Assembly (NCBI RefSeq): GCF_006345805.1
Contig: NW_021833587.1
Location: forward strand, 1-57,991
Source of the DNA: Octopus sinensis
Taxonomy: Eukaryota
Reading direction: 5' to 3'
Length of the DNA: 57,991 nt
Below are positions 48,344 through 57,991 of the stretch, one piece after another. The notes beneath the pieces were generated by a model. The model was not told the origin of the DNA and ran no database searches. It worked only from the letters and a program-made list of their open reading frames with translations. The stretch's first letter is position 1. Each line of letters opens with the position of its first letter. The translations under genes and the position numbers were made by a program.

Positions 48344-48707
48344 AACAGGAGCTATACCACTGGATGTCACACCCAAGTCAAGAAAAGAGTATTGTTTTAA
48401 TATTAATATATAATGTTTTCCAGTACATTTCATCAGTATTGTTGTACAAATACCGCCAATGAATTTGTATTATCAAGAATATTCGCTCTTCGTCTAAGAT
48501 GTTTCTATCCTTTCACTTGCATATCATGGTGAAAACCAAAAACAAAAAAATACACAATAAACCACAAATTCTAATTAACCGGTCAAGAAATAGGGTGAAT
48601 CGAAGAAAGCAAAATAATAGATTGCAGGAAAATAAACAAATAAATAAATAATTAAAGGCTTGGAAGCATAAGATAATGGAATATCTGGCAAATGGATTTT
48701 GTACATA

Positions 48708-48767
48708 AACCTGATGAGTCAGTATTTTTGCGATATTAGTGCAATAATACTGATGCAGTATATTGTT
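48708..48767 (+). ncRNA. Degenerate type I hammerhead motif
   Basis: AAC-CTGATGA-GTCAGTATT...AATACTGAT-GCAG-TATAT-T|GTT; 9-bp stem II, with GAAA mutated to GCAG. Confidence 0.45.
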
Positions 48768-48892
48768 ACACGTATTATATAATCATATTATAGCAATTAT
48801 TTTCTGATAGAATATCGATGAAACAAGTGTAGAATAATGTAATAAAACGAATTGCTCACTCCATTCTTCTACCTAATATCAATATAAACTCA

Positions 48893-49110
48893 GGTGGCGA
48901 GCTGACAGAATCGTTAGCACGCCGGGCCAAAAAGCTTAGCGTCATATCGTCTGTCTTTACGTTGTGAATTCAAAGTCCTCCGAGGTCGACTTTGCCTATC
49001 ATCCTATCAGGGTCGGTAAAATAAGCACCATTTGAACAGTGAGGAAAATGCAATCGACTTACCCCCTCCCCACGGAATCTCTGACCTTGTGCTAAAATGT
49101 GAAACCAAAT
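48893..49110 (+). mobile_element. SINE A2, diverged
   Basis: Homology to family A. Confidence 0.82.
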
Positions 49111-49249
49111 TTCTGCGTATATTTACGGATTATCAGAGATATCATCAGTAAAACTATCCATTTCCATTTTATAATTGTATCTGATCTCCGTTACTTGTAG
49201 GCGGGTTTAACGAAGCCAATTCCAAGTTAAAACACAGATGGAACTATGG

Positions 49250-49283
<34 letters not shown>

Positions 49284-49700
49284 CATTGCAGGTTCAGACG
49301 AGCCTATGTGCTTCAGAATTCGCTACCCAACCACATGAATTGAGAGATTCAGTCCCACTGTATGACAAGCCATCTTGTGTCTCTGTGGTGTGTGTGTGAG
49401 AGAGAGACAGAGACAGAGGGAGAGAGAGTGTGTGTGTGTGTGTGTGTGCGTGCGTGTGTGTGTGTGTGTGTGGTGTACACTGATGGGAATAGATACTGCT
49501 TGCTATCAGATAACGAAGCATTACCTTTTCATAAGGGATCAAAAATTAATACGAAATGTTTTACTATTGTATGAAATCAAATTTCTTAACACTGATATTG
49601 AATATGTACACTATATACCATACATACGTACATACCTGCATACATACATACATACATACATACATACACACACTCTCAAAACGCAGATACACATTCATAC

Positions 49701-49748
<48 letters not shown>

Positions 49749-49799
49749 ATATGCCCCGATATATGATATATATGAGATCTGAATGTATAATGCACAAAA

Positions 49800-49885
49800 A
49801 AAAAGTCCTGGAGTCGATTTGCTCGACTAAAGGCGGTGCTCCAGCATGGCCACAGTCAAATGACTGAAACAAGTAAAAGAGTATA
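49800..49885 (+). mobile_element. SINE B 3' end
   Basis: Homology to the B tail. Confidence 0.8.
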
Positions 49886-50109
49886 TATGTATATGTATAT
49901 ATATATATATGCATGTATATATATATATATATGCATATATATATACATATGCATGTATATATATATATATGCATATATATACATATGCATATATATATAT
50001 ATATATGCATATATATATATAAATATATGCATATATACGATATATGCATATATATATATGCATATATATATATGCATATATATATATATATGCATATATA
50101 TATATGCAT

Positions 50110-50140
<31 letters not shown>

Positions 50141-50195
50141 TTTATATAATATATAGATATATATAGATAGATATGTGTGTGTGTGTGTGTGTGTG
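49885..50195. repeat. (TA)n/(TATATGCA)n microsatellite
   Basis: Directly visible. Confidence 0.95.
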
Positions 50196-50574
50196 AAAAT
50201 GTATGATAAACGCGAGGTGCAGTTTGTACCCTTTATTCTTACTTCCTACATATGTTTCACCATTGTGGTTATATACACTCTCCCTAGTAGGTGTTCAAAG
50301 TACAAATGGGTGCTGATCCTCAACAGTTCCTCAAGGGAAGTTAGTATTTAAATCTTATAAAACCCCATCTCCTACATAAAACATTCTTGCCATCTATCAA
50401 ATTTGAAGCAATTGATGTGTATAAGCGTAGTTTAATTGATTGTTTCTTTGAATAACTGCTGTGGATCAGCATCCACTTGCCCTATAAACACCTATAAACC
50501 CAACATGCAAATAACCACAACAGCGAAACGTTTGTAGGGAAAAAGTTCCATAAAGGACAAGCTACTTTCACTTT

Positions 50575-50718
50575 CCACCTACTGAATCCACTCATAAGGC
50601 TTAGGTCGGCCTGAAGCGATAATAGTAGACACTCGCCCAAGGTGTGTCATGCAGTGGGACTGAACCCGAAACCATGTGGTTGGGAAGCAAACTTCCTTAC
50701 CACAGAGCCACGCCTGAG
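50575..50718 (-). mobile_element. SINE B 5' half
   Basis: Homology to the B head. Confidence 0.78.
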
Positions 50719-51044
50719 TCTCTATGATTATAAATTCGTTTCCAATTACTAGTAATTAATTAGCTGTTGTAATCATTAGTTGTTTTAATGAAATTAAGAG
50801 GTGAACAAATTACTAAGATGACAGATTAATCCGCAACTTATTTAATTTCTCCATCTCATTAAAGAGAAAATTAATTATATAAGAGAATTATGTCGTAGAT
50901 GGGCTATGCCCTCAGTGTATAACTGGTATCTAGTTTATGGATTCAGAGCCAGGAGTAGCAACAGCAGAAATGACAGCAATGTTGTTGTTAGTTGGTGGTG
51001 GTCGATGATGGAGGGTATTATAATGAAGAATCAAAAAACAACAA

Positions 51045-51290
51045 TCCATCTCTGGAAACATGGGTGTTTTGTTCAACATTCTTAAACATAGGCGCAGGAG
51101 TGGTTGTGTGGTAAGTAGCTTGCTTACCAACCACATGGTTCCGGGTTCAGTCCCACTGCGTGGCATCTTTGGCAAGTGCCTTCTGCTATAGCCCCGGGCC
51201 GACCAAAGCCTTGTGAGTGGATTTGGTAGACGGAAACTGAAAGAAGCCTGTCGTATATATGTATATATATATATGTGTGTGTGTGTGTGT

Positions 51291-51324
<34 letters not shown>

Positions 51325-51762
51325 TGTGTCTGTGTTTGTCCCCCTAGCATTGCTTGACAACCGATGCTGGTGTGTTTACGTCCCCGTCACTTAGCGGTTC
51401 GGCAAAAGAGACCGATAGAATAAGTACTGGGCTTACAAAAGAATAAGTGCCGGGGTCGATTTGCTCGACTAAAGGCGGTGCTCCAGCATGGCCGCAGTCA
51501 AATGACTGAAACAAGTAAAAAAAAAAAAAACCTTCTTTAGGGACCTTCTTTTGAGCGTGGTGGACTACACAACCTGAAGAAAATTCAAACTGGGCCTCAG
51601 CTGCAAGGTCATTCACTTTTGTCTTGATATAAGAGTACCATGTCGCCCACATAGAGTTGTGTTGCACATACCTTATCAGATGGGTTTTCATGATGGTTAT
51701 ATTGGACTTCGTATATTCGTACGCCAGTATCACTTTGATTGCATGCGCTGCTCTCTCACTCA
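51045..51762 (+). mobile_element. Element X (3' part) interrupted by a full SINE B (51091-51530)
   Basis: The flanks align to 16060-16341 on both sides of the SINE. Confidence 0.8.
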
Positions 51763-51802
51763 ACAGCAACAACAGCAATAATGATAATAATAATAATAAT
51801 AA

Positions 51803-51838
<36 letters not shown>

Positions 51839-51847
51839 GTTAATAAC

Positions 51848-52208
51848 CGGCAGATGACAACGTGTCTCTAAAAGAAATGGAGAAACTCTCAAAATACAAA
51901 GACCTGGAAATAGAGGTAACTAGAATGTGGAATCTAAAAACAGAAACAATTCCTATCATAGTAGGTGCATTAGGCATGATAAAAAAATATTCAGACAAAT
52001 ACATAACAAAAACACCAGGACTTACAAACACATATAACATACAGAAAATTGCACTACTAGGCACTGCACACATCCTACGCAGAACACTTTCCATACAATA
52101 ACCATTAGAGCATCACAACAAATCACAGCACATACCCAAGGCACACACAGAGCTGCGCTCGGTAGTGAAGTGAAAGCACGCTATAAAAATAAAAATAAAA
52201 CTACTGAA
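51848..52208 (+). mobile_element. 5'-truncated R4/Dong-like LINE within (TAA)n
   Basis: Open frame DNVSLKEMEKLSKYKDLEIEVTRMWNLKTETIPIIVGALG...QKIALLGTAHILRRTL*, then a 3' UTR; TAA tracts lie on both sides. Confidence 0.9.
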
Positions 52209-52239
52209 TAATAATAATAATAATATAATAATAATAATC

Positions 52240-52915
52240 ACGAACTGGAGGGTCGGCCTTGAGAACGAGCAAGTGCCTCTGCCGTGCAGCAGCTGCAATA
52301 GAGTGGATGAAACCATTGCCCTTATCACGAACGAATGCCCTAGACTTGCCCCCAAACCACTACAAGTTGTGGCGACACGATCAGGTAGCGAAAGTGCTAC
52401 ATTGGAAATTGTGCGAAAAGTGGGGGCTAGGTTAACCGACCAGACATAATTATTTAAGACAGGGAAGAAAACACAAGTAGACTAATAGATGTGTTCCCAC
52501 TGAGAAAAATATATCCATAAAGGAATTCGACAAATTAAGTTAATAAAAGGACCTGGAAAGTGAAATACAAAAGATGCGGTATCTTAAATCGAGAACTGTT
52601 CCTGTTAACGTAGGTGCCCTAGGTATGACAAAAACGGGGTGTCAGAAACATCTAGATAATATCCCAGGAGAACCATGTCTCAGAGAAATCCAAAAGATTG
52701 TGCTGACAAGTACTGCCCACATTCTTAGAAAAACCTTATTCATTTAAATGTCTGTGTTGTATTACATGAAGATATTTCGCTTACTGGCCCTGCCACCCAA
52801 CTCTCCAAGATTTCAGTCAAACTGTAACATCGCTTATCCTTCATTCGCCCCAGGACGCTAGGTGTGTCTCGGCAAGTGAATGTAACAAACATGCAGATTA
52901 AAAGTAAATAATAGT
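52240..52915 (+). mobile_element. Second R4/Dong-like LINE remnant (internally deleted) ending in (TAA)n
   Basis: CSSCNRVDETIALITNECPRLA..WRHDQVAKVLHWKLCEKW and KDLESEIQKM..VPVNVGALGM..EIQKIVLTSTAHILRKTL*. Confidence 0.85.
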
Positions 52916-52919
52916 GATG

Positions 52920-52967
<48 letters not shown>

Positions 52968-52971
52968 GAAC

Positions 52972-53607
52972 GGTTTCAAAATTTGCCGCAAGGGCAACCA
53001 TTTTGGGGGAGGGGGTGTCGATTACATCAACTCCAGTGTTCAACTAGTATTTAATTTATCGACTCCGAAAGGATTAAAGGCAAAGTCGACCTCGGCGGAA
53101 TTTGAACTCAGAACGTAGCCGCAGACGAAATACCGCTAGGCATTTCACCCGGCGCGGTAATGATTCTTTCTACTAAAAGAACAAGGCCTGACATTTTGAG
53201 GGAGGTGATCAGTCGATTACGTCGACCCACAGTACTAAACTGGTCCCTATTTCATCGAGCCCGAAAGGATGAAAGGCAAAGTCGATCCGGTGACATTTGA
53301 ACTCAGGACGTGATAACTGACGAAATACCTATTTCTTTATTACCCACAAGGGGCTAAACAAAGACAGACATAGGTATTAAGTCGATTACATCGACCCCAG
53401 TGCGTAACTGGTACTTAATTTATTGACCCGAAAGGATGAAAGGCAAAGTCGACCTCGGCGGAATTTGAACTCACAACGTAACGCAGACGAAATACCGCTC
53501 AGCATTTCGCCCGGCGTGCAAAAGATTCTGCCAGCTCGCCGCCTTAACTGACGAAATACCGCTAAGCACTTTGCCTGGCGCGGCAACGATTCTGCCAACT
53601 CGCTGCC
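52972..53607 (-). mobile_element. SINE A multimer (duplicated head, A1, A2, A2)
   Basis: Three bodies plus a repeated head segment. Confidence 0.87.
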
Positions 53608-53794
53608 TTTCAAGACTCCAATAATAACAGATTGCATCTTTGATAATTGCATTCTTCAAGTACTCTACTATATCCTTTTCCTGGTATCGAATAGGGTTAT
53701 CATATCGATTATAACTCATAGATTTTCTTTGGTGGACGACTACTACGTCCAGTCAGTTGTGTTCTCTTCCTCTTACCACGTCCACCACTATTTT

Positions 53795-54205
53795 TTTTTG
53801 TCTTTTACTTGTTTCGTTCATTAGACTGCAGCCATACTGGAGCAATGCCTTGATGGGTTTTAGTCGAACAAATCGACTCCAAGACTTTTCTATAAAGCAT
53901 GATACTTATTTTATCAGGGTCTTTTTTACCGGACCGCCAGATTACAGGGACGTAAACACACCAACACCGTTTGTCAAGAAGTGGAGGGGGACAAAGACGG
54001 ACATAACCCCCCCCCCACACACACATATATATATATATATTATATATATATAATATACGACGGGCTTCTTTCAGTTTTCGTCTACCAAATCCACTCACAA
54101 GGCTTTGATCGGCCCGAAGTTATAGTAAAAGAGACTTGCCCAAGGTGCCACGCAGTGGGAATGAACCCGGAACCATGTGGTTGGGAAGCAAGCTTCTTAC
54201 CACAT
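53795..54205 (-). mobile_element. SINE B, diverged
   Basis: Homology to family B. Confidence 0.82.
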
Positions 54206-54244
54206 GGCCACATAGTTTCTCGTTGAACTGGACGGATTTTAAGT

Positions 54245-55135
54245 GTGTCGAAAGAAGTGACTTGCGGTATTTGTTCCGACTCTTTACGGCCTGAGTTCAA
54301 ATCCGCCGAAGTCAGCTTTGTCTTCCATTCCTCCAGGGTCGATAAAATAAAGTACCAGTCAAACACTGGAGTTGATGGTATCAATTTGTCTCCTCCCCTC
54401 AAAACTGGTGACCTTGAGCCTAAATTAAAGTTCTCATTTCAGGCTTGGTAAAGGCAGCGAGTTAGCTGAATAATTAGCGCTTCGGACAAAATACTTAGCG
54501 GCATTCTTCCGGGCTTTACGTTCGGAGTTCAAATTCCACCGAGATTAACTTTGCTTGTGATCCTTTCGGGAACGATAAAATACGAACCAGTTGAATACTA
54601 GGATCGATATCATCGACTAATCCCTTCTAACAAACTATCCGGCTTTGTGCCGACAGATTAAAGGATTATTACTGGACTGGCAGAATGGTTATGAGGCCTA
54701 TAAAGTGCTGTTTTGTATTTGTTCTGGGACTTTGCTCTGCTTTCTGAGTTCAAATCCCGCCAGTGACAGTTTTTATTTCATCATTCCTTCGGGGTCGATA
54801 AAATAAAGAAGCTGTCAAGTACTGGAGCCAGTTCGCTCGACTAGATCCCGACCACAAGATTTCTGGTTTATGCCGACGTGAAAAAACGGACCATCATCAC
54901 AGGGACGGTGAGCTGGCAGAAACGTTTGCACGCCAGGCGAAATGCGTAGCCGTATTTCGTCTGCCGTTACGTTCTGAGTTCAAATTCCGCCGAGGTCGAC
55001 GTTGCCTTTCATCCTTTCGGCGTCGATAAATTAAGTACCAGTTACGCACTGGGGTCGATGCAATCGACTTAATTCGTTTGTTTGTCCTTGTTTGTCCTCT
55101 CTGTGTTTAGCCCCTTGTGGGCAATAAAGAAACAT
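54245..55135 (+). mobile_element. Four head-to-tail SINE A copies (three old A2-like, one young A1 at 54910-55135)
   Basis: Repeated GAGTTCAAAT.C B-box with family A bodies. Confidence 0.82.
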
Positions 55136-55783
55136 ATTAATGATGAGGAGGAGAAGGAGGAGGATGACCGTGATGGTGAGGATGAACGTCGTGATGATGG
55201 TGGTAATGATGATGATGATGAGGAGGAGGAGGTTGGTGATGGTGACGATGATGATGATGATGGGAACGAGTGAAACGATAATAATGCTGATGTTAACAAT
55301 ATTAATTGGCAGTAGTAGTAGTAGTAGTAGTAGTGTTAGTAGTGGTGGTGGTGGTAGTGGTGGTGGTGGTGGTGGTGGTGGCGGTGGTGGTGGCGGCAGT
55401 GGTGGCGACGGTGGTGGTGGTGGTGGTGGTGGTTGGGGCAGTGATGGTGGTGCCGATTCCGTGATTAATTAACAGTAATTACGATATATAATTATAGCAA
55501 CGTGTCACATTGATTGCACAGACAGTAGTTGTTGTTGTTGTTGTGGTGCTGGTTGATTGTGTTGCCTAAATTAATTACCAATATAAATCTCATTTTGATG
55601 AGTTTCTAATTGGGAAAGATGGCTACATCAGCAGTAACAACAACGACAACAACATCAACAACAACAACAACCATACAGCCACCATCACCATCACATTTAC
55701 TATTCGTTTTTACTTTAAAACTTTCACTCACACATATGCAAACACACACACACACACTCATATATATATATGTATATACATAC

Positions 55784-55831
<48 letters not shown>

Positions 55832-55882
55832 GCACATATGTATATATGTATATTTAGTGTATATATATGTATATATATATAT

Positions 55883-55968
55883 ACAATTTATAAGTAAGGC
55901 CAAACGAAAAAATTTCTAATGCCAAAATATGCCGAAAATAGACTCTTTTGCCCTTACTTATAAATTGT
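55883..55968. mobile_element. Tiny inverted-repeat element (possible MITE remnant)
   Basis: Perfect 17-bp inverted repeat ACAATTTATAAGTAAGG / CCTTACTTATAAATTGT around a 52-bp spacer. Confidence 0.5.
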
Positions 55969-56006
55969 TTATAAATTTAACCTTTAAAGGTATTTTTTTT
56001 AATATG

Positions 56007-56049
56007 CTGATCATTGATAAAGAGCAACAACCCTGAAACATGTCTGCAG
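56007..56049 (+). ncRNA. Minimal type I hammerhead candidate with U3:A8 core
   Basis: CTG(AT)CA-TTGATAA-AGAG-caacaa-CCCT-GAAA-CATG-TC|TGCAG; GUC cleavage triplet and palindromic ACATGT stem III. Confidence 0.45.
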
Positions 56050-56244
56050 ATGGCTGACTAGCAAGGTCAAGCGGCTGACCTCCCCTGTTCGAAGGTTGTA
56101 ATGGACGCAGGTTCGTGTGTCATATAGCTAGCTAGAGGCGATGGCCTCTTGGAGCTAATCAGCGACAGCTTTAGTCTTATTTATAGACTGCCATATTAGT
56201 ATGGCGATAACTATTAATATAATATATATATATATAATATATAT

Positions 56245-56405
56245 ATACGACGGGCTTCTTTCAGTTTCCGTCTACCAAATCCACTCACAAGGCTTGGTCG
56301 CCGGAGGCTATAGTAGAAGAACTTGCCCAAGGTGCCACGCAGTGGGACTGAACCCAGAACCATGTGGTGGTAAGCAAGCTACTTACCACACAGCCACTCC
56401 TGCGC

Positions 56406-56407
<2 letters not shown>
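56245..56407 (-). mobile_element. SINE B 5' half between TA tracts
   Basis: Homology to the B head. Confidence 0.85.
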
Positions 56408-56429
<22 letters not shown>

Positions 56430-56442
<13 letters not shown>

Positions 56443-56938
56443 TCTAGTTGTGTGAGTGTCTGTCCCCTTCGATTTAGATTCCGAACTCCTCCCACATTTT
56501 GCGGTGCAGTTTAACAAATTCGGGTATCTTATAGTCGTTATTAATATCGAGCCCGTCTGGCTATTAGCGCGCGTCTACGATGAGTCTACGATCTTTAAAA
56601 TAATTTAACAACATTTTTTATTCCATTTTAATGCATAATTTTCGTGTGTCGATGGCGGCCGGAGTTGGCGTCCACGCTCACAGCTGCACCTGTTGGCTTC
56701 TTCCCCCCTTCCAGTCTTCCTCCCTGAAGCTGGGGGAAGGTAGTGTAAGGAAAAATCAACGTCGTAAAGCGTTGTCAAGGAGACCAGCGTTCTTTTAGAA
56801 CAACGACTCATGGCTTGATGACACCAAACAGAAATGGCTAAGAAAGCCCGAATTGGCATATATAATGGAAGTAAGTCTCTAAAAATGCTTTATATAGTTA
56901 TTTCCTTACAAACGAGCAACGCCGGGCGATACTGCTAG
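56430..56938 (+). mobile_element. Non-autonomous Helitron
   Basis: 3' end GCAACGCCGGG-N7-TGCTAG|T is shared with the 29909 element; the 5' end is buried in (TA)n and begins TATATAAAA. Confidence 0.78.
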
Positions 56939-57194
56939 TAGATATATTATAATATAATATATAATATATATAATGTTGTACTTATCTATACTTTGTATAT
57001 ACTGTGTGAAACTGAGTGAAATGGCGAGTGCATATAACAATCATCAGAGGAGGTGCATTGTACACCTTGGATGTAAAATAATGATGGCACAACGTCTTAC
57101 CTATGTACAACAGGTGTAAGAGTGCGTCGAAACAACTGTAGTAGTTCTATATAAAGAATGTCGTTAATTCCATTTTCTTTCATTTTTCTATTAA

Positions 57195-57351
57195 GACACA
57201 CACACACGCACAAACACACACACACACACACACATACACACACACACACAGCTATGTACACAGATAGATAGATGGACAGACAGATAGGTAGACAGGCAGA
57301 CAGATAGATATATATACAGTCAGACAGATAGACAGATAGATAGATAGATAA

Positions 57352-57387
<36 letters not shown>

Positions 57388-57525
57388 TGAGACAGACGGA
57401 CAGACAGACAGATAGATAGATATGCACACTCAGAAATTCGTATTTCTACAAATATGTGTATGCATGCATGTGTGTGTGTGTATGTGTGAGTGTATGCATG
57501 TGTGTCAGAGTGCGCATGCGTGCGT
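57195..57525. repeat. (CA)n/(GATA)n/(TG)n microsatellites
   Basis: Directly visible. Confidence 0.92.
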
Positions 57526-57955
57526 GTTTATTCACAAGTTTTACAGTCTACTACGAGTTTCACCTTTGGCTCGGTTGGTTGTAATTATCTATTAACAGGC
57601 CAGCCCGTGGCGAAACTCAAAGCCTGACAACTATTGATATAATAGACATATCTATTCACTCTAACCTTCCTGTTGATATTTCTATGAGATAAAACGCTTG
57701 CTATTATGTAAAATAGATGTACTTCACAGTTTTTGCATTATGTTATCTGTGTGCGTGTTTCTCCCGAAACAATTAGTTCAACAAAAAACAGATTATGTTT
57801 TGCAAGCGAGCATGCCCTCTATATACTGTAATAGAAAAGCTCTTTTCAATTAGTTATGGAGTATATAACTTTGAGTAAAATAAATCAATTATTAAAGTCA
57901 ACTCTTTCTAGAAAATTTATAAATTCCAATTTACACACACATACACATACATACA

Positions 57956-57991
<36 letters not shown>

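Noticed and set aside
6671-55135. tRNA-like A- and B-box sequences as tRNA genes
   Set aside because: All continue into SINE bodies and tails, and none forms a complete cloverleaf with an acceptor stem.
55325-55450. G-rich tract as a functional G-quadruplex or Gly-rich coding region
   Set aside because: It is an ordinary (GGT)n microsatellite among other trinucleotide repeats.

Overview
AT-rich, microsatellite-saturated animal DNA. The tRNA-derived SINE families and repeat landscape point to an octopus (coleoid cephalopod) genome; this is inferred from repeat recognition, not a search. I find no supportable host protein-coding exon, rRNA, intact tRNA or CRISPR array, and almost all ORFs in the track are translations of simple repeats. 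The window looks like intergenic or deep-intronic DNA. It carries about 40 copies of three main tRNA-headed SINE families (A, B, C), several of them multimers. It also holds decayed non-LTR retrotransposon fragments: four R4/Dong-like restriction-like-endonuclease ends, one L1/Tx1 end, one RTE piece and one Penelope-like piece. DNA-type elements are two mariner derivatives, a hAT-like MITE and two to three non-autonomous Helitrons. The most notable unexplained layer is a set of minimal type I hammerhead ribozyme motifs of the Penelope-associated kind. These include a three-copy family with a shared non-canonical core (CUGUNGA) and candidates with a U3:A8 core. Other notable structures are SINE dimers and trimers each flanked by one target-site duplication, a palindromic tRNA-derived element, and a chain of elements that sit specifically in (TAA)n tracts. 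SINE family letters are my own labels, and element boundaries are approximate unless a TSD or TIR is given.
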